DNA from: the human T2T-CHM13v2.0 reference genome, Homo sapiens
Assembly (NCBI RefSeq): GCF_009914755.1
Contig: NC_060928.1
Direction: 5' to 3' (one strand)
Length of the DNA stretch: 64,000 nucleotides
This document shows positions 50,539 through 64,000 of the stretch, piece after piece. The position numbers were made by a program, and so were the translations under genes. The notes beneath the pieces are model-generated. The model searched no databases, was not told the origin of the DNA, and saw only the letters and a list, made by a program, of their open reading frames with translations. How positions within the stretch are numbered: the stretch's first letter is position 1; the number at the start of each line of letters is the position of its first letter.

Positions 50539-52239
50539 ACTGGTGAGGGTTATAATAAATATATGTGAATTAAATAAAAATGTGTTTTAAATGTCATCAA
50601 TTGTTTTATATTTCTTAATAAATTTCTCTTTTGTCAATTTCATTATTCAGCAAACGCAGAAACTTAAGATTTTCTGCTGTTTGTAGTAATGTAGTATATT
50701 TCATCATATGGCAAGTGCTACCAGAGAGAAGTAGGATTATTATTTATTGTGGTTTTTGCAAAACCAGAGGCCCATGCCAGGAGTTTTATTCAGCACGGCT
50801 CCTCTTTGATTCCTGTCACACCTAGACACAATGAAGGTGATTTGCAAAAAAGTAGAAGAAATAAAAGAAAAACAAAACAAAAACTCTTCTTGCCAAGATT
50901 TCTAAAGTAATGAAGAAATAACGTCACTTGTAAAAGGGGTTTCTAAAATTACCTATCTGGAACAGAAGAAAGCAAGAGTCCGGTACCCCTATCAAATCAA
51001 TTGGTTTAACATGTTTTCCCTTTTAAAGTAAAATAATAATTTAAATAATAAATACACATTTTTATTTATATAATGCCATTTTTAATATAGTATCATTTTT
51101 CTACTGGGATTTTATAGTTTAATAGACGTTCATCATTAGTGTGCTGTTTCAAATCCTGGCCCTGCTCTATATTTTTTGGTTGGTTTGTTTGGATATTATT
51201 ACCATAAAAACAAAAACAGGCTTGCAATGGCTGCAGATTCACAGAAGATTATTAGAAATAAAAGTTTATTGTTAAATATTTTGTCATAGCAAAATATATT
51301 TTTCTTTAAGAGAAAAAAGTTTTTATCTAAATATTATCAAATTTATTACTTTCATCACTTACGTAAGTTAACCAGTTCATATGCATCTGTATGTCTCAGT
51401 AGAGACCACCAACTTCAACATTAATGTGTTTTATTTTCTCAAAGTTGGACTTCAGACAAAAATTATAAAACTGGAAGATAGTAATATTTAAGGATGCCTT
51501 CCTAAAATTATCTTAAGTACATCGAATATTTCCAAAAAATGTTTTTCCTCTGAGAGTTTCCTATGCTGGTAAGAAATATTTTGGGAACAGAATAGACAAG
51601 GATTAAGTGAAAAATAAATGTCCCTTTTTACTCTTATTCCAGTTCTCAGAGGAAACAGTTTCTTGCACGGACTTCCAGTTATTTTCTATACATAGGAAGT
51701 ATATTATATATAACAATATAAAATTTATCATGAATGAACTACTCTATACACACTCTGACAGTTACTTTTTAAGTTAAACAATATCTCGAGTGTCTCACAT
51801 ATCTATACTCTCACAAGTATTACATATATATTACATACATACTTGCCTAATTAGTTTTTGGTGACAATATATTGTATTATTATATGAATGTACTATAATT
51901 TTTAATAGCAAGTCTCTTTGCAAGTGTAGCTCCAGCTTCTATTAGGAGTGAAATCCCTGGATAAAATATAACTTGTCTCCAAAGCTGATTCTCCAAAACT
52001 GTTTCAATTTCCATTCCCGCATGGTAATATCAATAGAATAATTGCCCATTGTCCCACAACCTGTTTAACATGGTCACACAGCGGGATTCTGACTTTGCCA
52101 AATGGCTCACTTCAATAAGCTTAATGAATGTTTAAATGAATGAATGTCAATTTATGAATGAGGATTACCATCTTCTCATACACGACTACTGAATGTATCT
52201 CACTTTCTGAATGGGAATCATCTTCTCATATACTACCAC

Positions 52240-52533
52240 TTTTTTTTTTTTGAAACAGGGTTTCACTCTGTTGCCCATGCTAGAGTGCAATGGCATGATC
52301 ATAGCCCGCTGCAGCCTTGAACTCCTGGGCTCAAGCTACCCTCCCACCTCAGCCTCCTGAGTAGCTAGGACTACAGGTGTGAACCACCATGCCCAGCTAA
52401 TCGTGTGTTTGTTTGTTTGTTTGTTTGTTTGTTTTAGAGAACACCAGGCTGGTCTCGAACTCTTGGGCTCAAGTGATCCTCCTGCCTCAGCTTCCCAAAG
52501 TGCTGGGAATCAGGCATGAGCCACTGTGCCCAC
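52240..52533 (-). mobile_element. AluJ
   Basis: gatcatagcccgctgcagccttgaactcctgggctcaag; (GTTT)n linker. Confidence 0.92.
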
Positions 52534-52545
52534 CCTTATACTACC

Positions 52546-52854
52546 TTTTTTTTTTTTTTTTTTTTTTTTGAGACGGAGTCTCACTCTGTTACCCAGGCTG
52601 GAGTGCAGTGGTGCAATCTCTTCTGACTGCAACCTCCACCTCCTGGGCTCAAGCGATTCTCCTGCCCAGCCTCCCGAGTAGCCTGGATTAAGGGCGTGCA
52701 CCACCACGCCTGGCTAATTTTTGTATTTTTTTATAGTAGAGACGGGGTTTCACCATGTTGGCCAGGATAGTTTTGAACACCTGACCTCAAATGATCTGCC
52801 CGCCTCGGCTTCCCAAAGTGCTGGGATTATAGGTGTGAGCCAGTGTGCCCAGCC
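52546..52854 (-). mobile_element. AluSx-like
   Basis: TSD CCTTATACTAC. Confidence 0.93.
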
Positions 52855-53037
52855 CCCTTATACTACTTTTATATGTCTTGCCTGGTTTTTTCTTCTGACC
52901 AGATTTATAATTAAATAACTGGTTTTTTTTCTTACTGACTTTCATGAAATTTTAATTTATCAGGAAATTAGTTCTGTTGTTAATTTATGTTGTACATATT
53001 TACTCTAATTTATCTCTCTTAAAATGTTTTGTTTTTT

Positions 53038-53324
<287 letters not shown>

Positions 53325-53385
53325 TTAATATATACATACTTTAGTGGGACATAAGAATGATTTAGGGCACTTCAATTTGGGTCTA

Positions 53386-53797
53386 TTTTTTCTTTCTTTT
53401 ATTATACTTTAAGTTCTGGGATACATGTGCAAGACGTGCAGGTTTGTTACAAAATAGGTATACATGTGCCATGGTGGTATGCTGCACTCATCAACCCGTC
53501 ATCTACATTAGGTATTTCTCCTAATGCTATCCCTCCCCTAGTCCCCCAGCTTCTGACAGGCCCCAGTGTGTGATGTTCCCCTCCCTGTGTCCATGTGTTC
53601 TCATTGTTCAGCTCCCACTTATGAGTGAATATGTGGTGTTTGGTTTTCTGTTCCTGTGTTAGTGTGCTGAGAATGATGGTGTCCAGCTTCATCCATGTCC
53701 CTGCAGAGGACATGAACTCATCCTTTTGTATGGCTGCATAGTATTCCCTGGTGTATATGTGCCACGTTTTCTTGATGCAGTCTGTCAGTGATGGGCA
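53386..53797 (-). mobile_element. L1PA (PA7/8-like) 3' end
   Basis: ttattatactttaagttctgggatacatgtgca...; ORF2 C-terminal peptide in ORF track. Confidence 0.92.
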
Positions 53798-53799
53798 CA

Positions 53800-54400
53800 G
53801 CCACTTGGGCCTGTTTTCTAGGGACACGTCTCTCTGCAGATGGTTACAGCCTCCTTCGGTTTGCGCAGATCGCCCTCAGACGAAATGTCAGCATGTCTCT
53901 CAATGAAGCTCTTTAATCCACAGTCTTTTTGTTTTCAGCTCAGTTGTTTCTGGTCGGTGCAAAGCTGACTGCAGTTTTTCTTCTCTTTTCAATGTTTGTA
54001 ACTTTTCTTCTCTGTGCTTGACCTCTAAATTAGGATTTGTGTTGAAGTAAAGAATTGTAATAACCTGCAGAGTCACCCTTAAATCTGGATACCCCCTCTT
54101 TCTCTTTCTCTCTCAGAATGGAGTACTCCAGAGCAATGTTCTCCACTTCTCCCACGGCATTATCGCACCCCTAAGTCTCTCTTCTAACTAGGATATTCTT
54201 CTCTGGGTTCTCAGGTCCCTGGAGGTCTCAGGGACATTGATGCCATGTTCAGGGTCTAAAAGGTAAGGTTTTTGTGCTTTGTACTTCTTCAGTTTGGCCC
54301 AGATGTCCTTGTATTCGTGAGATATTTTTCACAGTGATTCCTACAGTATTTTAAGATCAGTTCTCTCACCTGTTTTTACTCTTTTTGTCTACATAGGGGA
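53800..54400 (-). mobile_element. Possible ancient L1/HAL1 ORF1-region remnant
   Basis: Antisense reads as K/E/R-rich degraded coding-like text; family uncertain. Confidence 0.3.
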
Positions 54401-55775
54401 TATCAGAGACAGGATATAAATAGTAATATTTTATTCTTTCAGGAAGCTATAAATGTATTTAGATTATTACAATTTGTACAGACTCTAAGCAGAAATATAA
54501 TCACATCATTTATGATATTTATCTTCATAAATAGATATTTGAATTGGCTTCCAAAATGACCTTAGAGATGTACTTACTTAATGATGGTGGCCTTGATCTT
54601 TTTGTGATTAGATAATAGCCCAGCATGTGGCCACAGTAGCAGAAACACACAGTATGTGCTGGTTAATTGGCTCTACTCGCTTCATGCATTATTACAGCTT
54701 ATCTGCTGCTTGTGGACTGGTACATGTTGAGCTTCTCAATAATCAAAGAAGAAATCAGGTGCCAGGTCACAATCCAGACCCAAGAAGTGTCTGCTTTTCT
54801 GTTTTCCACATGAAGTCATCATTTAGCATTCTTTTCTTCTTTTTCAATGGTGGAGAAGCCTCTGGTATGTAAAACATGAGTAAAGTTCAAATAGGGTCAA
54901 ATTCCGGAAGGCAGCACAGAACTTTTCCTCCTAGCCGTGTTACTTTGGCCGTACATCCTTCTATCATCCCATGCAGCTGGGAATGGGGGCTGCCATTTTC
55001 ATTTTGATCAACCATTCCTCAAAAGGGCATTTAGAGAGTCATTAGGGTCTAGAGTCATGAAATGAGTAGAATAACAGAAGGTAGCATGTCAGAAGACCAT
55101 GGGCAGCCCCCAGGCTGTATTTGCAGTCCCCGTTCTGCATAATGTGTCCAGTTGGTATGTAATGATGCACGCACAGAAGAGAACCAAACACTCAAATGTT
55201 TTGGCTATAATCAAAATTATACCTTGAGTTTCAATGTACTTATGTCTTTGAAAATGGTATTTTAAGGACCAGAAATGTACACAGTGTTCTGTGTTTTCAA
55301 TACACAAAAATAAACCTTATGCACGTAAGTGTAGGCCTCACTGCTGGGCTGTATTCCTTCCTACCACGGACCCTGTAAATACTGTAGAACTATCCAAACA
55401 ACATCTAAACTTCAGATGTAAAATTCCTAACTCCTAATATTACAAACATTCAACTATTTTGATGGAAAAAATAGGAAGCATGACAATCATTTATAAGAGA
55501 AAGAAAATATATTTCTCAATGAACACAGATTCCTTGACATGGACACTTTCCTGCAGCTTCCGAAGACACCAGCAGTGGAAGGTTATACTATTCATCGATG
55601 GCCAGGGCTGGTTGCAGGAGATATTATGATGCTTTGAAGGTTGTCCTGGTCATCTTTATAAAATATATGTCAACCACACCTGCTGAGGCTACAGAGCACT
55701 GACAGAGGGTAAGAGACTAGAGAAGGAAAAGCTTTGATAAGATAGCTGAAGATAATCAGAAAAGATGGTAACTAA

Positions 55776-56196
<421 letters not shown>

Positions 56197-57199
56197 TGAG
56201 AATTTTAAAAAGAAGTAGAAAAGTGCTATTCTTGATTAAGCAGCTGTCATATCAGACACTGGAGAATGTGGCCCAAGCTCACATGGTTCATTTCTGCAAC
56301 AGCTCTTGCAATCTATACATTGTTGTCACCACTCTATGGGGAATCAATGAGAATGGTGGCAGAAAAGTACTCTGCTGAATGGTGAGGCAGATATAAATCT
56401 GGCCTAAGTGAAACAAAAAACTCTCCATTTTTAACTACACTTTACTGGCTCCAGGACTGGACATTTTCAGGGGTAGTATAGGGAAGGACTAAGGATATCG
56501 AGGGTTCTTGGATGAAATAATACATAGATTGTTGGTCCTGGCTGAGTGCAGAAACAAGGGAAAACAGCAGGGCTTGAAAGCTTAGGAGAAAATGGAGGGA
56601 GGCAAGAGGTTGGAGGACTTAGTGGATTCATGGAGAACAAATAGAAATACGGAAGTTAGAAGGAGAGTGATAAGAGGCAAGGCAAAGTAGGTGATGAAAT
56701 TACCCAAAGTATGACTCTGGGATTGGGTTGCTGAAGAAGAGATAATAAATTCTTTAAAGTAAGTAAGAGTGGTGAAGTGCTTATCCCATGTGACTTATTA
56801 GAGACAGAATCTGAAATATAATTTGGGTTTACATTATGAAATTTAGTGCATTATGCCATAAGAATGCTGTGTCTCCTAATCCATTATGTTCGTTAAGGTG
56901 GAGCTTTACATGTGTCTTGATATCTGAGTATAATCTTTTGCAATAAATTACAGAAGTTGTCTCATCACTAATTTGGGGTGTGCTGATTTTGTTTCTAAGT
57001 TTATAAAATGAAAGTCTTGATTTTTGTTGGTTAAATATTTTGAAAAATTGCAGTTCAAGAGCAAAGTTATGTTTTACTCATCAGTTTTTTGAATGAAAAA
57101 TTATGTGAACGAGATAACTTTTGTATGAATTTTTAATTTTTAGTAAAGTTACTTAAGTTATGTTTATTCTCCAAAATATTATCAGTCACATTTATTTAG

Positions 57200-57503
<304 letters not shown>

Positions 57504-58840
57504 AATTTTTTTAAAATTATGAAACTAGGAAACATTGTTCTATTAAAAATATTTTTCTCTATCTATTCACAGTAACACTGAAGAATGCAGTTTACTTACA
57601 TCTTTTTCTGTTTGACAGAAGACAGTTATTAGTAAGTATAATTATTAGATAAAGTATACTTATTTTCCATGTTTAAAATATGAAAAATATGCAATATAGG
57701 TTGGTACTAAGAGGGGAAATCTGCTTCTGATCAAAATTTTATTTTAAATATCATTTTTATTTCTTTTGTCCTAAGTTATATACTTTTTCTTCTATTACTT
57801 ATTGCAAAGTTACTTTAAAAGAAAACAAAATCAAAGAAAGCAATCAACCAAGATTTTAAAAATAATAATAGCAGAATCTCTCCTCAATTCTTTCCTCTTC
57901 TCCACTCCATCTTGCCTTCACAGCTTTTTTTGTTTCCAAAGGTAGTCAAAACATTTTAGATATTTATGCCAAAGGGCATGGATCTGTGATACCGTGGGTC
58001 CTGCCAAGCTGAAGGTTTTCCTTTGGCCAAGATAAGTTACTGTGGAAGGAAAGTAACTCTTCCAATCCACGGTTCTTAGAAAATTATACTTTTATACTTT
58101 TTAAATTTTAAATGAAATGCCCCACAGCTTTCAATGCATACCCAGTTCAGAGAATTTGAATATCATCCAACATGCTTCCACAGTGATCCCAGTCTGAGAG
58201 GACTGTGTTATTATGTAAATGCATAGCTTGCTTTCTAGGTAATAAATGATAAAACTCTTCATACAGGAGAATTTGGTCTTCGGTGTATTTCTATATGTAT
58301 TGAAGGTTTGCTGTGAAATCACTCTGGAATCTCTCAGCTGGTCTGCTCCACAGTATCCTACTGGTCTTGGGCTTTGTATATTAACTTTCCAGAACTCATG
58401 CTCACTACAGACTTGCTTTAGGGCCTCTAAATATTTGTTGCTTTTGCATGCCAAGCGTTTTATCCTTATTTTTGGAGACAGGAGAGGATGTGAGTGTTGA
58501 ATTGTATTTCAGGTTACCCTTGGGACATCAAAATGACCAAGGCAGTGTCTGCTAAGTATTTGCTGAGACTCTGCTATGATTCTTTCAAGTCTAAAGACAG
58601 TTATCTGAATGATATCCCCGTGACAGTGGACTCCTGCACATTCACAGTCCTGGAAGGAGCCTGTCCACATTGGCATTCTGGAAGTCCATAAAAGACAAAC
58701 GCATATGCAGTCCCCGAGAAAGCATTGTTGTAAACAAATCTGCACTAGATGGAAACTCTGTTATGTGGTGCCGGCATGCATGGAAGAGTAAGTCCAGAAC
58801 TACACCTGGAAGTTCTTTTTACTAAAAGAACACACAGTTC

Positions 58841-60609
<1,769 letters not shown>

Positions 60610-62011
60610 AGCATCACAATTCTATACACATTTCAGGAATGATTTTTTTAAAGAGACAACCTCAATTCTTAATGATTTTTAAATTTTTGTAAAATAATCA
60701 AATGCAACCAATGGACTGATTGAATAAATCTACTTTTCCCTTTTTGTTGATGGGCCCTAAATTTCCAAGTCTTCTGTGTATAAGGTGGGCTTAATTTTAC
60801 AAATAGTCATTTTGAAGTTAAAATAACTTGTTTTCTGTATACCCAATTTTAAAATTCAGAATGCCATATCAGCCACTTTATGGATAATTTCTCACATACT
60901 TCTTTCTCTGAATATGAGAATTTTAAAAATTTATGCAAAAATGTTTCAACTTACAATGGCATATTTTAATATAACATCTTCAATTTCAACTTTTTCCTTT
61001 TGGATATACTTTTATAGAAAGGAATTCAGTATTTATTAAACCACTATTTTCTTCATCTATTGGCAGTGTGTTTAAGGAATTCAGTTTATACCTTGTGGGA
61101 ATCTTTTTCAGATAAACTGTATATCAAGTAGTTTTGTGGTGTTTGAAGGAACTTTTTGGCATTCAGGGCCATTTCTTGTGCTGTACAAAGCAGCCCTTAG
61201 TGCTTTCTGGAGAGCAGACTACTTAAAATTCATATGAACACATTCGATGTGATGTGTATGTTTAGAATCACTATTGAAATATTTCTCTATTTAATTGGGG
61301 TGGTTCATGCTAATTCACCTGGCGGACATTGGCAGCTATTTTCAGTCTACCAATTTTTTCTTCGGGGGACATAGTAAAATCTCTGCTTCCATAAATGTTT
61401 CCACTTTCTGAATGCAGCAGTTTTCCCTTCTTCTTCTAGCTCTTTCTTAGTGGGCAGAGAGAACAGGAAATGCTAGTTGTTGCAATGCAAGCCTGGCAGG
61501 CAAGCACACCTCTCTTCCCCAGGAACTGAGTAAGCCACGATGCTCAACTCCAGTGACTGTTGAATTTCAACAGCTGCACCCTCTCTTTTTACCCCTGGTG
61601 TCACATAGAGCATATGCTCTTGGACATTCAGGAAATCAAGTATTGCTTCCATTCTGGCCATGGTGCTAGAAATGCAGGGTTGTATCTCTTTACCTCAACC
61701 ATTTCTGTCTCCTCCCTCAGCTCCTAGGAAGCTGCTGACTCACCCTTTTCTTGACAAGTCCTTCTGGGTAGTCTTCCTGGGTAGCATCTGAGATGAACCC
61801 CAAACTGGCACACTTTCTATCTCTTTCTGTCTGCCACATCTGGAATCACAATAAAGAGGACACTACTGGTAAGGACTTCAAATGCATGTCAAATGGTCAG
61901 AGCCATGGGCTCTAGGAACAGGTGCCAGCAAGTCACAACAAAGGGTTAAATGAGACCAATCTGCCCACTCCACAGTGGGCACCTCTGGACTCTGGGTGGA
62001 TCTGAGGACTC

Positions 62012-62371
62012 TTCTTTGGTCTGAATGTGTTGGAAACTTATTTGCCAGTGAAACAGTTTTGAGACATGAAACCTTTAAGAGGGCAGAGCCCTCATAAGTG
62101 GACTAACACCATTATCGTGGAAGTGGGTTCATTATTAAGAGAGTAGGCTTGTTATAAAAGCAAGTTCAGCCCCCTCTTGCTCTTGCTCTTGACCTCTTTT
62201 GCCGTTCCACTTTCTGTCATGACATAATGCAGCATGAAGGCCCTTGTCAGATGTCGGCATCATGCTCTTGGACTTCCAGCCTCCAGAACCATGAACCACA
62301 TAAACTTCTGTTCATCATAAATTACCCAGTCTGTGGTACTCTGTTACAGCAGCATAAAACAGACTAACACA
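62012..62371 (+). mobile_element. MaLR MST (C/D-like) solo LTR
   Basis: ggtctgaatgtg...aattacccagtctgtggt...agactaacaca; TSD GACTC/GACCC. Confidence 0.85.
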
Positions 62372-62873
62372 GACCCATCATCTCCTGACACAGATATAAA
62401 GTGAATCCCTAGCAGGCATCTTTGTCCCTCAGAAAAGTCCTGGAGGCCAAGTAGTGGAACAGCAGCATACCAATATCTTTCCCACAAAAAACCTTTCTAA
62501 TTTCGTGTCCAATATTTCTAAAAGAATGGAGGCAAGTGGTCTTCCGAGGGTCCCCAAATTATTCCCAGCCGCCTCCTTGGCAAGGTCTGCTTTGATGGAT
62601 TCACAGATTGTTCTGCAATATGAGTAGCATTGACAGTTACTATCTTTGGGCCTCAGTCAAAACAGAGACAGAGAATACCCATTTAACAGGCACTCCAACT
62701 TAGGTATCCACAGAACGTATAGTTTTGTTATTCTCTATCATGGGCCTGCTCTTGCCAATGTTTCAGCAGATAGCTGCGTAGTTTAGAATTTCTAGTTAAT
62801 AATATTTCAGTTTCAACTGTCTCCCTTCAGTTTAATATGGGGTGTATTTAAAATAAATACAACTCCCTATTAG

Positions 62874-63227
<354 letters not shown>

Positions 63228-63346
63228 TCACTCTCCTTTACTTCTCCAGGTTGGTGGCTGTGTCTATGAGGAGTACCCTTTCTATGTCTGCAGGAGGAGA
63301 GTGGGTCCTTGCATCCACACAGCAGCCTGGAGTGTCACTCTGGACA

Positions 63347-63539
63347 CTCTCTTGCCTCAGCCTCCCGAGAAGCTGGGACTACAGGCATGTGCCACCACAC
63401 CCAGCTAATTTTTGTATTTTTAGTAGAGACGGGGTTTCACTATGTTGGCCAGGATGGTCTTGATCTCTTGACCTCGTGATCTGCCTGCCTCGGCCTCCCA
63501 AAGTGCTGGGATTACAGGCGTGAGCCACTGTGCCTGGCT
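63347..63539 (-). mobile_element. AluSc-like, 3' part and tail missing
   Basis: Starts abruptly at ctcttgcctcagcctccc. Confidence 0.9.
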
Positions 63540-64000
63540 GATAGTTTCTTATACTGTGAAGAAGCTCTTTAGTTCAATTAGATCCCATTTGTTAATTTGT
63601 GCTTTGTTGCAATTGCTTTTTGTGTTTTTGTTATGAAATCTTTGCCACTTCCTATGTCCAGAATGGTATTTCCTAGGTTATTTTCCAGGGTTTTTATAGT
63701 TTTGGGTTTTATATTTAAGGCGTTAATCCATTTTGAGTTGATTTTTGTGTATGCTGTAAAGAAGGAATCCAGTTTCAGTCTTCTACATGTGGCTAGCCAG
63801 TTATCCTAGCACCATTTATTGAAATAAGAAGTCTTTTCTCCATTGCTTGTTTCTGTCATATTTGTCAAAGGTCAGATGATTTAGATGTCTGGTCTTATTT
63901 CTGGATTATCTATTTGGTTCTGTTGGTCTATGTGTCTGTTTTTGTACCAGTATCATGCTGTTTTAGTTACTGTAGCCTTGTAGTATAGTTTGAAGTCCGG
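63540..64000 (-). mobile_element. L1P ORF2 fragment (runs off window)
   Basis: gaagctctttagttcaattagatcccatttg...gtagccttgtagtatagtttgaagtc. Confidence 0.92.

Larger units (their letters stand above)
51600..52990 (-). mobile_element. Ancient L1ME fragment interrupted by Alus
   Basis: taggagtgaaatccctggataaa...ttccattcccgc...tttgccaa. Confidence 0.55.

Noticed and set aside
50924-50956. Minus-strand IGNFRNPFYK* (NPxY-like) as a terminal coding exon
   Set aside because: Only 10 residues and no supportable upstream coding exons; kept only as a candidate acceptor.
57991-58073. Hammerhead ribozyme
   Set aside because: Core not met: CUGAAGG instead of CUGANGA, GUAA instead of GAAA, and no adequate stem I.
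58131-58454. 107-aa minus-strand ORF in unique DNA
   Set aside because: Non-ATG start, no recognisable homology; length within chance expectation.

Overview
Primate, almost certainly hominoid/human-like, non-coding genomic DNA (intergenic or deep intronic). I recognise no protein-coding gene; most of the listed ORFs are read-throughs of Alu, L1, LTR or low-complexity DNA. The window holds about 28 Alus (J, S and Y types), many L1/L2/MIR fragments, two MER2 DNA transposons and several solo LTRs (MLT1, two LOR1, LTR22, LTR12F, two MST, LTR16, LTR41-like and one other ERV1), many with visible target-site duplications (TSDs). The standout is a pair of adjacent minisatellites. VNTR1 (23874-24741) has about 28 x ~31 bp units carrying GATA and ETS cores. 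VNTR2 (26081-30076) has 71 x 56/57 bp units, nearly all carrying an exact NF-E2/NRF2/BACH1 (MARE/ARE) site; 50 units also carry a GATA site in TAL1-GATA spacing, and a 1-bp variant removes it from the other 21. Also noted: an orphan retroposed insert splitting a MER2, a 92-bp dispersed duplication bracketing VNTR1, and a plausible LTR12F-driven spliced lncRNA. Repeat family names come from recalled consensus sequences, not from a RepeatMasker run. All functional claims are inference.
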